Source: Lingula anatina (taxonomy: Eukaryota > Animalia > Brachiopoda). From it: a DNA stretch of 64,000 nt. Position 1 is the stretch's first letter. Every line of letters starts with the position of its first letter. The stretch spans positions 29,640,848-29,704,847 of the forward strand of contig CM120643.1 of assembly GCA_051362555.1 (NCBI GenBank), in the 5' to 3' direction. The position numbers and the translations under genes are program-made. The notes under the pieces are model-generated. The model was not told the origin of the DNA. It was given only the letters and a program-made list of their open reading frames with translations, and searched no databases. Of this stretch, positions 20,342 to 33,482 are shown in pieces.

Positions 20342-23300
20342 ATGAACAGATCATTTTTTCACTGATGACTCACCTCAGCTTAAATTTATATATTTTACGA
20401 AATAACCCTTTTGCCTGTTTCTGTATTACATATTTATGAAGTTGAAATTTAAAAGATTTTGCAAGATAGTAGGTTCTATATTTGCTGTCATTATGGTATT
20501 TTATTATTTATTTTATAAATATTGTAATATTTTTTCCAGGCATTTGTCCACCAGGCAGTTTCTCTTCCAATGGAGTTGTTCCTTGTACTTTGTGTCCTTT
20601 AAATACTTACCAGACTGAAGATGGCAGCACCAGCTGTATGTCTTGTCCAAGAGGAGCTGTTACAGAGAAGGATGGTGCTGTTGATTTATCTGACTGCAAA
20701 GGTGAGTCACAGATTGTACATGTACATCCGTTAGTTGGATTGCTTGATTTTTTTATATAAAATTATGTAATAGGATAATATGTCAGTTGTTAGAGCATTG
20801 ATAGAATCAGTAGCAAATGCTCTTTTGTCATGTAGAAATTATAATTTTTATTATACTCAAATAAAGATACACCTGCTGCTATGCTTACAATACTAAAATG
20901 CCATACAACTGTTATAACTGCACAAAAATTTTGTCATTCTAGCCATCAATGAGTGTCTCTCGTCTCCTTGTCACAGTGGTGGCACCTGTGTAGACCTGAT
21001 GGTCGGCTTCCTGTGTCAATGTCCAGCAGGTTACACTGGCGCCACCTGTGAGACCAACATTGACGACTGCCTGTCACAGCCATGTGCTAACAACGGGACA
21101 TGTGTGGATGGAGTGGACAGCTTTACCTGCAGGTGCTTACCTGGATATGAAGGTACTGGGGTCCTCAGGAATGAATTTTTTTCCAATTTTAATTGGAAAT
21201 CTTTTCTTTTTATCTGTGGTTTTCCAACTTAAGTGGCTCGCATCCCTTGTTTTAAGGCCACATAGCTATTTCTTCCAACTTGTTTTACAACCCAAGATCA
21301 TATGTAGTTAAAACATATGGGTTTAAGATACTGAGTATTATATTGACAGTACAAGAAGAAAAATATGTGTAATGATATTAGTTAAGTAATACTGTATATG
21401 TTTTTATAAGTGATACATTAAAATAGCTGTTGTAAATTTATCAAAATGAATTTGTCTATGCATATATTTATATATAATATACATATTTTGGATGTTAACT
21501 GTAAACGTTGAATTAACATTTCAGGTGATGACTGTTATTTAAACACAGATGACTGTGTCAACTCTCCATGTAAGAATAACGCCACCTGTATAGATGGTTT
21601 AAACAAATTCACATGTCAGTGCATGGAGGGGTTTGAAGGCGACCTGTGTGAGACAGCTACAGACTACTGTCAGTCCAGTCCCTGCAAACACGGAGGAACA
21701 TGTCAGAGCACCATTGGCAGCCATTTTTGTCTTTGCCCTCTGGGATACATGGGAAAGAATTGTGAGATCAAACAAGATAACTGCCGTGGTTCGCGCTGTT
21801 TGAATGGTGCAACCTGCATTTCCACGACTGCTTCTTATACCTGTACTTGTCCAAATGGATATAGAGGGCGCTACTGTGAACATGACCTAGATCTCTGTCA
21901 GTCAGCACCCTGTAAAAACGGCGGAACATGTGTTGATGTTGGCACAGACTTTACGTGCTCCTGTCCCCCAGGGAAGTCTGGGAAGGTTTGTGAAAATGAC
22001 CTAGATCCTTGTGACCCAAATCCTTGTCAGCATGGCGGATCCTGCTCAGGTTGGACCAAAACTTTGTGTTGTATTCTTCTATGCATTTACCTTCAAAAGT
22101 CTTGACAACATACATATACTACAGACATATTAGTTTTACTTTCTAATGAATGGTATATGGTATTACCGCAGATATATGTAACATGAAACAAGCACATTCA
22201 AGGACAATTTGCAGTTTATGTAGGCCCTGCAATAATATGAAATAATTAAAGGTTTAGATTATAATACATCAGCTGAATTTAGTGAGCACTTTTGTTTCCA
22301 GGGCAACCTAGAACAGACAACTATACTTGCACATGTGTGCCTGGATTTGCTGGCGTAGACTGCGAAGTCAATGTGAACGAATGTGCTGACAATCCTTGCT
22401 CAGGTGGCGCTGGCTGTATAGATTTAGTGAACGACTTTGCATGTATATGTCCTCTTGGTCTGACAGGTAAGAATGTGCTTACTCTGAGATGAAATTTATT
22501 TTGGCCTAAGAGACAGGTGACTGGTAACCAATTTGATATCAAAATTGTGGATCAAATCAAGACATTGAAATATTTTTCTATAAGGTTACTAAGTAAAATA
22601 TTCTTCTGCTTATATACTAGTAGAATGTGTTTTGCACATATAGCTAAAACTTCCTTTGAATTTGCTATTTATGATATACAAATCATATGTAAATGTCAAG
22701 ACACAACTAACAAGGTGAAAGAAACTTAAGCTGTCTCTTCTGTTTAAGCAACGGCTTAAAAGTGAATCGTACAAGCCTAGTATTTATGCAGATTAAATGT
22801 TATGATAATAATTGTAATAATAATAAACAGTGCTTTTGTTGCCAATTACACAGTTTCCAACATGCAACATGTCAGTACCTTTATTGCTTTTATTATTATC
22901 ACCAGTTGAAAGTTTTCTGAAAATAGATTTAGTGTAGAATAAAGTTGTTATTGTAACTGAAAGAAACTTAGAACATGATTACATTGTGGGTGTGACAATA
23001 CCAGTTGTTTCCTTGACCAAGAGTGGTAGTCAGAAGAGGTTGGAGCATGATGTCCCATTTTTTCTTATACCATGACATGCCATTCTTTCTAATATCATAT
23101 TGCCCTTCTGGTTTTTTTATTTATGTCTCAATTTAAAAGATCTCACGTTTTATCACTTTTAGTGGATGTTGCAATAATTGCCTGATATTTATTCTAGGCA
23201 GACGCTGTGAACAAAAAGTCAACTTCTGCTCTGTTTCACCCTGTCAAAATGGAGGCACTTGTGAAAATGGCGTCAGTGATTTCGCCTGCCGCTGCCCAGA

Positions 23301-26300
23301 GAAATTCACTGGAAAAACATGCAGCCAAGTGGTGGCAGTGTGTGATGTCAACCCTTGTGATAATGGTGGAAGATGCGTCCCTGACGGCAATGGTGACTTC
23401 ATATGTTATTGCAGTGGTCTGTACAGTGGTAAGAGTCAATACAATGATAAAATAGTGAAGCACTGTTTTATATCTTTAGTATCTTTAGTTATTCAATGCT
23501 GTATTTAACAGATGTTTATTTTAAAACATCAGATTATGTAGCTGTGAATTTTTATATATAAGGGACCATGTAAGCAAAAATAGGTATATATACTATCCAA
23601 CCAGATGCCAAATAATCTTACTGTTACACCAAAAGAAAGTAAAATGGGCAGCTTGGCTCTTTATAATGTCCCAGTGGTAATGATGGGCAAGTGAAATAAT
23701 AAGATGATCGACATGTTGGTACATAGTGCTGATAAGATCACCATTATTTCCCCCCTCCTCACAGGTAAGCTATGTGATCAGCCGTACACACCCTGTTACT
23801 CAGACCCATGTTACAATGGAGGACAGTGTGTGGTGACAGGGGACACATACAGGTGTGACTGCACAGGTGGATTCATTGGGGACAAATGTCAGGTAAGTTT
23901 CTAAGGTTTCCATGGTAACTGGGTGATTGAGACTTTAATTGCTCTATTCAGCGTATTACAGTGGAAACTCTGGAATTTTTTTCTTAACATATTTTAAAAT
24001 ATTTTGATTGGATCCAGTGTATTTTTATCAAGCATATTGCATGTTGATCGAATGATTAGTGATTGTGTGCATATAATAATAATCATAATCATAGTACAAA
24101 TAATAATAATTATTATTTTTAATATATATTGTTTTCAGATTGATATAGATGAATGTGCTAGCAATCCCTGCCAAAACAATGCAACTTGTACAGATGGAAC
24201 ATCCTCTTTTACTTGCTCCTGTCCTCCTGGCTTCACTGGCGCCCTCTGTGAGCAGAATATAGACGACTGTCTGTCACAACCTTGTGTTACCGGGGCAACA
24301 TGCCACGACATGGTGAATGGATTCCGCTGTGAATGCCCACCTGGATTCACGGGGCGCACGTGTAACGAGGAGAAAAGTCTGTGTGGCTCCTCTCCTTGCG
24401 TCCATGCTAACCGTTGTGAAGATAATGGCGGTCATTATCAGTGCATGTGCTCTGCTGGATGGACTGGACAACAATGTGATGTTGAAATTGATGACTGTCA
24501 ACCCAATCCATGCTTGTTTAATGGCACGTGTGTAGATCTTGTGAACGGGTACACGTGCACGTGCCCTGAAGGGTTCTCCGGGAAGAGATGTGAGGTTAAT
24601 ATTGATGAGTGTGAATCAAATCCATGTCAGAATGGAGCCAAGTGCTTGGATGAAGTAAACAAATTCACTTGTATTTGTCCTGTAAGTATATGTTTTAGAG
24701 TTTGTTGTTAGAAATTACTGGCACCTGAAAGAAATGTTCTTGCATAATTTTCTTTGATGTGCATTGTAATACTGAATATACTGGTATATTTTTTATCTTT
24801 GAATTAGCTCAAAATTTTACAGCTGGTAAGACAAATCTTTTTTATGAATTAATGAATCATTAATTTTGGCATGGATCAACATCTAATATATAAAATAACT
24901 CTTGGAAAATGTTCAGTGGCATTATTTTCAAAGAATGATAAATAATAGTGTAACTGTGACATAGAAGTTGAAATTGGGCAAGCAAGGCAATACGTCTTTT
25001 GTACACTCCAAATCATTTCATTTACATTTAGTACTTTGTACATGTACAATTCATTCTCTCTCTCATGGGTTCATAAGTAAAAAATATTATGCATATATCA
25101 AATCGTCTCTAAGGCTGGCTGGACAGGGGCATATTGTGAAGTCAACATTGATGATTGCATCTCACAACCTTGTAAGCATGGTGCTACATGTCAAGATGGT
25201 AACGCCACCTATAGTTGTGTCTGCTCACCTGGCTTCACTGGTAAACACTGCGAGGTCAACATCAACGACTGTGCAGGATCACGTTGCAGTAATGGTGGAA
25301 CTTGTGTTGACTTGGTGGATGGTTTTGACTGCATTTGTGCTGCAGGTATGTGACATTCTTACTCTACATAGGACATTATTCTTTGCCTGAGACATTTTCA
25401 ATCTTTTTCTATGACCAATTAGTAGAACTTTTGGATATATAAAAGCTGATGGATGTTATCAGTCAGAATGAAACAACTTTATTTATTAAGATAGTGACAT
25501 CATAAGTATACTACAATGAACATAAAATGTACTCCCTAAATATTGAAAGTAATGTTTTATTGTGATATAAACTATCATCATCATTGCTCTTTTATTTGAC
25601 ACAATACAGAAGCATGAACCACACATTAAGGAGTGTTATCTTAGTGAAGAGTGAACATGGAGGCACCATGGTAGAACTGTTGTAGCATAGAAATATTTAG
25701 TTATTCAAGGTTTAAATTATTGATCAATGTTTTTTGGTTGAATTAATCAATTGCCATTTTTTACAGGATACACTGGGAAGGTTTGTGACCAAGATCTTGA
25801 CGAATGTCAGGAATTCTCACCTTGTAAGAATGGGGCTACATGCATAGATGGCTTTAACTCATATCAGGTATGAAACTATTGCAAATTTCAAAAGATCAAG
25901 GCATTATTTTATTTTTCAGACATCCCCCCCCCCCATTTTTTTTTAATGTGTGCTTTAAAGTGTCTGTAAATGTTAATCATTGATGAAAAACACATTTCAA
26001 AACATTTGATTGAATTTGGCTGAGTTCGTAGTTTTTCAGATTTAACTGAGTACAAAGTGAAATAAAAAAAGGAAAAGTTTAATTTAAAAGATCATGTCAA
26101 CAATCACTACCACCATTAGTATATGCTCTGTTATCACATAAAAAGTTAACACTGTGAAAACAAGACTAATTCGATGACCGTTTTTGTCCAGTGTACATGT
26201 GCTGCTGGCTACTCAGGTGACCAATGTGAAGTGGACATAAATGACTGTGTCCCTAACCCGTGTGGCAATGGAGGAAGGTGTCAAGATCTTGTGAACTCCT

Positions 26301-27052
26301 TCCAGTGTACTTGCCTCCCTGGATACACGTATGTGATATTAATTGTAGGATTCATTATCAATAAGGATTTCAAATCTGATTCAGCAGTTTATACACTAAC
26401 ACTAAGCTGACAGTTCTTACTACATAATTTACATGTCTGGACTGATTTAGTAAACTCCTTCAGTGTACTTGGATCATAGTTTTATTTTAGCATTCATTAA
26501 GGCTCTATCATACAGTTATAGCTGTGGATTGATGTAATCATACCATTTTGAAAATCATGCAGAATTATAAAATGTTTGTTTTTATTGAAAGGCACTATGG
26601 GCATTAGACCCTTATACAACAAACAGTTATTTTAATTACCTATTTATTTCAAGATTTTTTTTATCTTAATTACCAACTTTGGTGAACCATATCCAAAACA
26701 TAATTAAAATGACCTTAATTAAGTCAGTGTTTGATCTCTAAGCTTAGAACTCCAATAACACAAGTTCATAGATCATAACTTTTCTCAACAATTTTTGAAA
26801 TATTTCTTATAATACAAATTGTTGAAAAAAATTCTCAGGAAAAAATGTTGTAAGTTACACTGTATGCCTTCTGTTTTTCATTTTATTATTTCAAATATTC
26901 TCTCTATTATCTCAGGGGTCGTACTTGTGATGTAGACATAGATGAGTGTACTGGAGTCAGCTGTGGACAGGGGGGCACTTGTATTGATAAACTGAATGAT
27001 TTCACCTGTATCTGTGCACCTGGCTATACTGGACAACTTTGTACACAGAGTA

Positions 27053-27095
<43 letters not shown>

Positions 27096-30000
27096 GATAT
27101 ATGCTATATTTTGAATTAATATAGTTGCCATTAGCAATGTTGATTCTATTTTGAGAGAAAGCAGAAAATTGTGGCTAATTTATCATTATTGCAAAGTGCA
27201 TGGTTGTAAATGTGGTACTTATATTTGTATATATAAGTATTTGTATATTTTTGTATTTGTATATCTTTTATTTGAAATTCATCATTTTTCATTTAAATTC
27301 CAGAACTGTCCTCCAAATTTGACCTGCGCTTCCTGCAGGGAGAGCCAGACACCATCAGTTATGCCGTGGTCAGGGATATCGCTGACCATAGACTCACCCC
27401 ACTGACCCAGTTGACACTTCAAGCTTGGATACGAAGTAACAAACCCCAGGGGATGATAGCCGTGTATAAGGCAGCTGATGGGACTGGGTTTGGGGTGAAA
27501 AATCCTGGTGATATTGAGATACAGATAAATAGGTACATGGAATTCTTAACGCACAAAATTTGCATTTGTATTTAATCTTAAATTTCTCTGGAATGTTTGG
27601 CGTATTGCAATTTTGTGAGAAATTACCATTAATATATGATAGATATTGATACAGGTATTTCAAGCTTGTGACCTAACTGTGATGTGAATGTTGAGTTAGT
27701 CGATGTTTTAAAATAACATTCATATTGATAGGCACTTGGTTAGTTTTATTTTTGAACATTTGAAAATCACTTCATTATTTTTAATTTTCAATATTTCCCC
27801 AAAAAAAATATTTAAAATTACTGTCAGTAAAATTTATTTCTTTTCAGTCACACTGTCCAGACAGGACTGGACATCAGTGATGGTCAGTGGCATCAGGTCA
27901 CTGCGACCTGGACCAGCCAAACCCAGGGAGTGACCCTCTACAGGGACGGCCAGCTGGTGGTCACTTACTCCAATGTCCCTGGCTCTAGTATTACCACAGG
28001 GGGGAACATGGTCATTGGACAGAGACATGAGTCACTGAAGATGAGACGAAGTAAGAATTTGTGATGCTGCAGAATATACATTGTGTAATAAAAAGCCTGA
28101 GGGTTATTTTAATAATATGGGTTGTCAACTTAAAATTTTGTGTAATTTCACGTATGACAGAGGCAAATAGCTTATACTCCATAACTAGGGTACTATATTA
28201 ACCTATCAGGTCAGAAAGTTTTTGTTCATTGAATGGTAATAAAATATTGAATATTGATTTTTAATTATGTAATAATAATAATAATATGTACTGTATTTAA
28301 TGTAATTTATATGAAGAAAGATGGTCATCATGGGCTAGCAAACAACCGCACATGAAATATATAAGGCAAGAGGACATTTATTAAAGTTTAAAGTTGCTGG
28401 CCAATATTCAAAAAGATATGGTACGTTATTTTACCTTCCAGAACGTGCTATCCAGACAGGCGTGGCATTTGAAGGTGACATTTCCCGCCTCCATATATGG
28501 GATACAGTCCTGCCCACTGATGTTATCACCAAGGTAACAGACTGTCAATCAGAGGACAGCAGGATTGGGAACCTAGTGGCGTGGGCAGATGTGATAGCTG
28601 GTATTGAAGGCCAAGTGGAGATAGTACAACCAACACAGTGTGATTGTAAGTAGCTTAGAGGAAGGTTTGGGGACTTTGGGAATTTGTGGATGAAGTGTCT
28701 TGTGATCTGGAATTGGCATGATTCCTAAGGGTAATGAAGACAACGTCTGCCTGAATGCAGTATGTTTATTAATTGAAAGTTCAAAATTTAATATAGACAA
28801 AGGATGAAGAAACAGTAAATAAATGAAGAAATTGCCTGTATAAACAACTCTCAGGCCTTTCCAACATATTGATGTATAATTTTAGTTTGATAGTTATTTT
28901 AATTTTACATTTTTACTTTCAAAATGGGTTCATTTTTTAGAACCCTTTGTAAATGAATGATGTAAGCTTACATGAAAGTAATTTCCTACATGTACTTAGT
29001 CTCCTTGATTAGAAAGAAGATAAAGTCACAGTCATTTTAGTAAAATCGAATTGCCTGCACACTAAGCATCTTCGAGTTGGCTAATTATGAAACAGATTTT
29101 CTGATTAGGGTCTTTTCATTTCTAGCTGTAAATGAATGTTCATCCAGCCCATGTCTCAATGGTGCAACCTGTGAAAACAAGATAGGAGGCTACCAGTGCC
29201 ACTGTCCCGGAGGATACACAGGCACCAAATGTGACATTAACATTGACGACTGCATTGATAACTCCTGCAGTAATGGAGGAAGCTGTGTGGATGGTATAGA
29301 GGCTTACACCTGTGTCTGTCCCAGTGGGTTTACTGGGAGGTTTTGCCAAGAAGAGATAGGTAAAACGCACACTGTGTCTCTTTCTTCATTTAACACATTA
29401 AAACATTTATGTGCTTTTATTACAAAGAATTTGGATTTTTTGGGCTAGGATTCAAAGATTTTTTATAGCCGATGAAGTAAAGTTAACTTTTTTATGTAGG
29501 TGAAAAAGCATTAACAATAACAATTGACCCACAATGAATTTGGCTGTGGTCTCAGTATACTAAAGTGGTGCTATATGTTATATATTTCAGTTCATGATCA
29601 CTGTGGTCTCAGTATACTAAAGTGGTGCCATATGTTATATCTTTCAGACCATGATCACTGTGGTCTCAGTATACTAAAGTGGTGCCATATGTTATATATT
29701 TCAGTCCATGGTGCCTGGGGTCCATGGTCACTGTGGTCTCAGTATACTAAAGTGGTGCTATATGTTATATATTTCAGTCCATGGTGCCTGGGGTCCATGG
29801 TCACTGTGGTCTCAGTATACTAAAGTGGTGCCATATGTTATATATTTCAGTCCATGGTGCCTGGGGTCCATGGTCACTGTGGTCTCAGTATACTAAAGTG
29901 GTGCTGTATGTTATATATTTCAGTCCATGGTGCCTGGGGTCCATGGTCACTGTGGTCTCAGTATACTAAAGTGGTGCTGTATGTTATATCTTTTAGTTCA

Positions 30001-32459
30001 TGGTGCCTGGGGTCCATGGTCACTGTGGTCTCAGTATACTTAAGTGGTGCTATATGTTATATCTTTTAGTTCATGGTGCCTGGGGTCCATGGTCACTGTG
30101 GTCTCAGTATACTAAAGTGGTGCTGTATGTTATATATTTCAGTCCATGGTGCCTGGGGTCCATGGTCACTGTGGTCTCAGTATACTAAAGTGGTGCTATA
30201 TGTTATATCTTTTAGTTCATGGTGCCTGGGGTCCATGGTCACTGTGGTCTCAGTATACTAAAGTGGTGCTATATGTTATATCTTTTAGTTCATGGTGCCT
30301 GGGGTCCATGGTCACTGTGGTCTCAGTATACTAAAGTGGTGTTATATATGTTATATATTTCAGTCCATGGTGCCTGGGGTCCATGGTCACTGTGGTCTCA
30401 GTGCACCAAGAGTTGTGGCAGTGGAATGAGGACAAGGAATCGCCAGTGTGACAACCCTCCTCCCTCACCAGGGGGCAGGCCATGCAGTGGTGGCAGCTTA
30501 GAAAGGGAGCAATGTAACACTGACCCATGTCCAGGTAGTGAGAGGGCATAAACATATATCTATGATGCCAACAACACATATGCAAGCACTTCTCCAAAAC
30601 ACACGAGACACTCAGAAATTTTGTGTAAACAATATTCAGTTTGTTTCCAAAACTGAGTCTAATTTTATATTGTAATAAATAATATAATGAAAGGAGATAG
30701 GCTTGTGAGACTAAGTGTCATTCACCAGTTTCATGATACCACTGTCACAATTAAACTGGTTGTTCATTTTGCCTTATGACAGAAATAGATACTCAATGCA
30801 TATTAATTTCCTAAGCACTATGTACTTCACGAATCAAATATACTTTTCAACATTTATTTTTCCCTATTTTCAGCTTGTGTCCCCCTGAAACCTCCAGTAA
30901 ATGGTTTTCTGAACTGTACAACCACTGGGGACCTCCATGAGTGCATCTCCACCTGTCAGCCTCAGTATGACTTCAGTGGACCAGCCCTGGAGAAGTACAC
31001 TTGCAGTGCTAATAGCAGCTATAAATGGAACCACCAGTCTAAGTCTAACCCTAATGCCCTGTTGCCAAGCTGTGGAAGTTAGTGTGGTTTTTACTTTCCC
31101 TTGTCTACACCCTGAGACTCAGAGTGATGCACTGTATCAGTACATGTACATGTAGTAGCAGCAGCTAATAGTGGTGGCAATGATTCCAGTAATCTCTGAA
31201 CCTCAGGGCACAGATCTGATTAGACATACTTTCTTCATTAGCTCAGTGTTGATTTTCTGTGATCTTTGGCATGGCTGTTTAATAAGTAGTACTGAACAAT
31301 TTTTACAGGCTGCCATCGCGCATAGGCTGTCAATAAGTAAAATATGTTTTACACTTTCATGTAAAGTCACCTTTACTTTCATTTCAGATATCACCCCCCC
31401 CCCCCCCCCAAGGATGTGTCCTTTGATACATTTATTTCGCTTCATGCCACTTTCATTTTTATTCCAGAAACCACTCCTCCTAAGAATGTCTCTCTGGACT
31501 TGTTCCTGTTCTACCCCTTCAGAAACTGCTCCAACCGCTTCCAGCCATTCCTTCAGACAGCATTTCAAGAACTCATCATAAATCTCACGGCAAATATCAG
31601 CTGTATTCAAACCCTGGAGTGTGATCTCAGTGCGGCTGCCGTGGGTTCCTGTATATTGAACATCAACAGAACTGGTTACGTGGCCACATTTGCATACTCA
31701 GCTGATATTGCGATAGGTGAGACAGAGATGACAGGCGCATTCCAGAGGCTCCAGCCGGCTGCCAAGATGGTCCAAAGTAACGTTCTCTCTGGTGGATTCA
31801 GACTAGGATTCAGTGGTGGAAAGTTTCTGATGTATGAGCCCAACTCTCTGGTGATTTCTGGTAGTTTTGGATGTGAAGCAGGATCTGTGTCCAGTAATAA
31901 TACTTGTGGTCAGTGGAAGTATTTTATTTATATGAAACATTTTTTTAATGACTTGTAGTTGTATTTGGTAATTGTGAGACTCAGAAAACAATGAAATCTG
32001 TAGATAATAGAGTTAAAAATATATTATAAAGTAACTGCTCATTTTCCAGTTTGACTACCTAGTAGTTTTGCCAAGTCTGATGCCAAACCTATTTGTGTTA
32101 TGCCACACTCCAGAGTTTTGCATGCGGAAGTGAAAGAGGATATGTCTTGTCCACATTATGAATTCAAAGATCTTATTTCTCTCTTCAGAGTATATTCTAA
32201 TTATACAACCAGTTATTCAATAATCCCCCTCCAAAATTGAATTGTGGAGAAATAGAGTAAAGAAGTGATGTATTAAAGACATGTTCTGTTCTAATTTTCA
32301 GTTCTGTGTCCACGGGGTACATTTTATGATGATGGCGTGTGTGCCAGGTGTGCTGTGGGCAGCTACCAGGACAGTGAGGGTCAGTTTGATTGTGACCAGT
32401 GTCCAGTGGGGACAACCACACCCTCCTCTGGGTCCATCTCGCTGCAAGATTGTGTTTAG
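13468..32459 (+). CDS. SVEP1/polydom-like extracellular multidomain protein, 5'-partial (about 2380 aa visible): CCPx3-HYR-CCPx2-HYRx2-CCP-X-GCCx3-EGFx21-pentraxin/LamG-EGFx2-TSP1-CCP-X-GCC
   Basis: 31 GT-AG exons with compatible phases: 13468-13662, 14116-14307, 14683-14883, 15144-15386, 15721-15909, 16137-16337, 16808-17059, 17569-17808, 18283-18474, 18797-19294, 19750-19920, 20122-20283, 20540-20701, 20943-21152, 21525-22049, 22302-22466, 23198-23428, 23765-23892, 24139-24681, 25114-25345, 25767-25867, 26192-26328, 26916-27049, 27304-27532, 27848-28050, 28442-28645, 29126-29359, 30364-30534, 30874-31077, 31468-31908, 32302-32459 (TAG). No C-terminal transmembrane segment. Confidence 0.9.
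17519..17559. repeat. (AAT)n microsatellite
   Basis: About 13 AAT units ending about 9 nt before the acceptor at 17568. Confidence 0.95.
19951..20058. mobile_element. MITE-like element, CACCCTGAGTTTCAGAGA TIR family, copy 1
   Basis: TCTCCGAGTTTCAGAGATTGCTGGAAAC ... GTTTCCAATAGTCTCTGAAATTCAGGGTG form an imperfect inverted repeat. Confidence 0.6.
29544..30402 (+). repeat. Minisatellite of 73-bp units (two 57-bp and one 75-bp variant) spanning the intron/TSP1-exon boundary
   Basis: Exon-start copies follow YAG at 29591, 29648, 29705, 29778, 29851, 29924, 29997, 30070, 30143, 30216, 30289 and the complete exon at 30364. Confidence 0.97.
31108..31209. mobile_element. MITE-like element, same TIR family, degenerate copy 2
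   Basis: CACCCTGAGACTCAGAG ... TTCCAGTAATCTCTGAACCTCAGGG. Confidence 0.5.
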
Positions 32460-32490
32460 GTGAGTGGTAGAGGCCAGGTGATGGGCTAGA

Positions 32491-32524
<34 letters not shown>

Positions 32525-33482
32525 CAGAGAGAGAGAGAGCAAGAGCAAGCAATGACAGGAAGAAAAACTTTATCATGCAGTTTGGTATCACTAGTGCTAC
32601 TTTAAGTTTCCATATCTATATATAAATATAAATGCCAAGTGTAATAATCAATAGCAGCATCAACGTCAAGGGATATCTATTTAACTGGTTCATTTAATAT
32701 TATAGTAAAATCAGTTAAATTTCCTTATATAGAACATTTACAGTTTCATTATTATTAAAAATTATTTTCATTTTAGGTGTGGCAAGTTAAAAGACAAGAG
32801 CACTAAATAAATGAATTTAACCTAAACTGTTGAGACATGGATTTATCTGGAAGATGAGGACAGCAATACTAACTTGTGAAAATGACAACAATCTGGACCC
32901 AGCCATAGTTGAGAAAGTCATTTTGAAAATATATGATAAATTTAGAGTCTTCAGGCAGAAGATAAAATTTGCCAAAATGGATACATTCCAATTTTCAATA
33001 TTCCAGCTAGACTGTGGGCAATGTTATTTTCTGTATAATAGTTATCAGCCAGATTTTACTATTGAATATATCATGAAAACCTGTATTGCCTCTGCTTGTA
33101 CATCACACAGACTGGCCTGTAATGTTTTGGTTGTTACAAGACTTACATGGTTATGAGATAAATCCTTTTGTATTGCTTGCCTTAGTTTTAAGAACATTTC
33201 AGTCCCTTTATTTCTTAAACTAGAAGAGAAGTTATTTTTTACTACTTTTCAGTATTCTAAATCCAAGCATGTTTAGAGAATTTCAGTTATGTTGCTTTAA
33301 GGTGACATGTACCTAGATCTGCAATATTAACAGTATCGTACACTCTTTGAGAAAAACAAGCACGCTTGAATGAATGAATTATAATTATTTTTGGTATTTA
33401 TAATAAACACTTAAACTGCTAAACAAAATTCTCTCCTTTGTAAGTCACTGAATGTGAAAATAAATAATCTATATTCTTTTCA

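Noticed and set aside
20943-27049. Notch, Crumbs or Delta/Serrate orthologue
   Set aside because: There are no LNR, DSL, TM or ankyrin regions. The EGF exons splice in frame to GCC and pentraxin exons.
29524-30334. Family of 62-aa ORFs ([10 protein letters not shown]...)
   Set aside because: They are by-products of the 73-bp repeat cycling through reading frames.
32600-33482. PIGY ORF downstream of PYURF, as in the vertebrate bicistronic transcript
   Set aside because: The track shows no minus-strand ORF of 60 aa or more here, and there is little room before the convergent gene.
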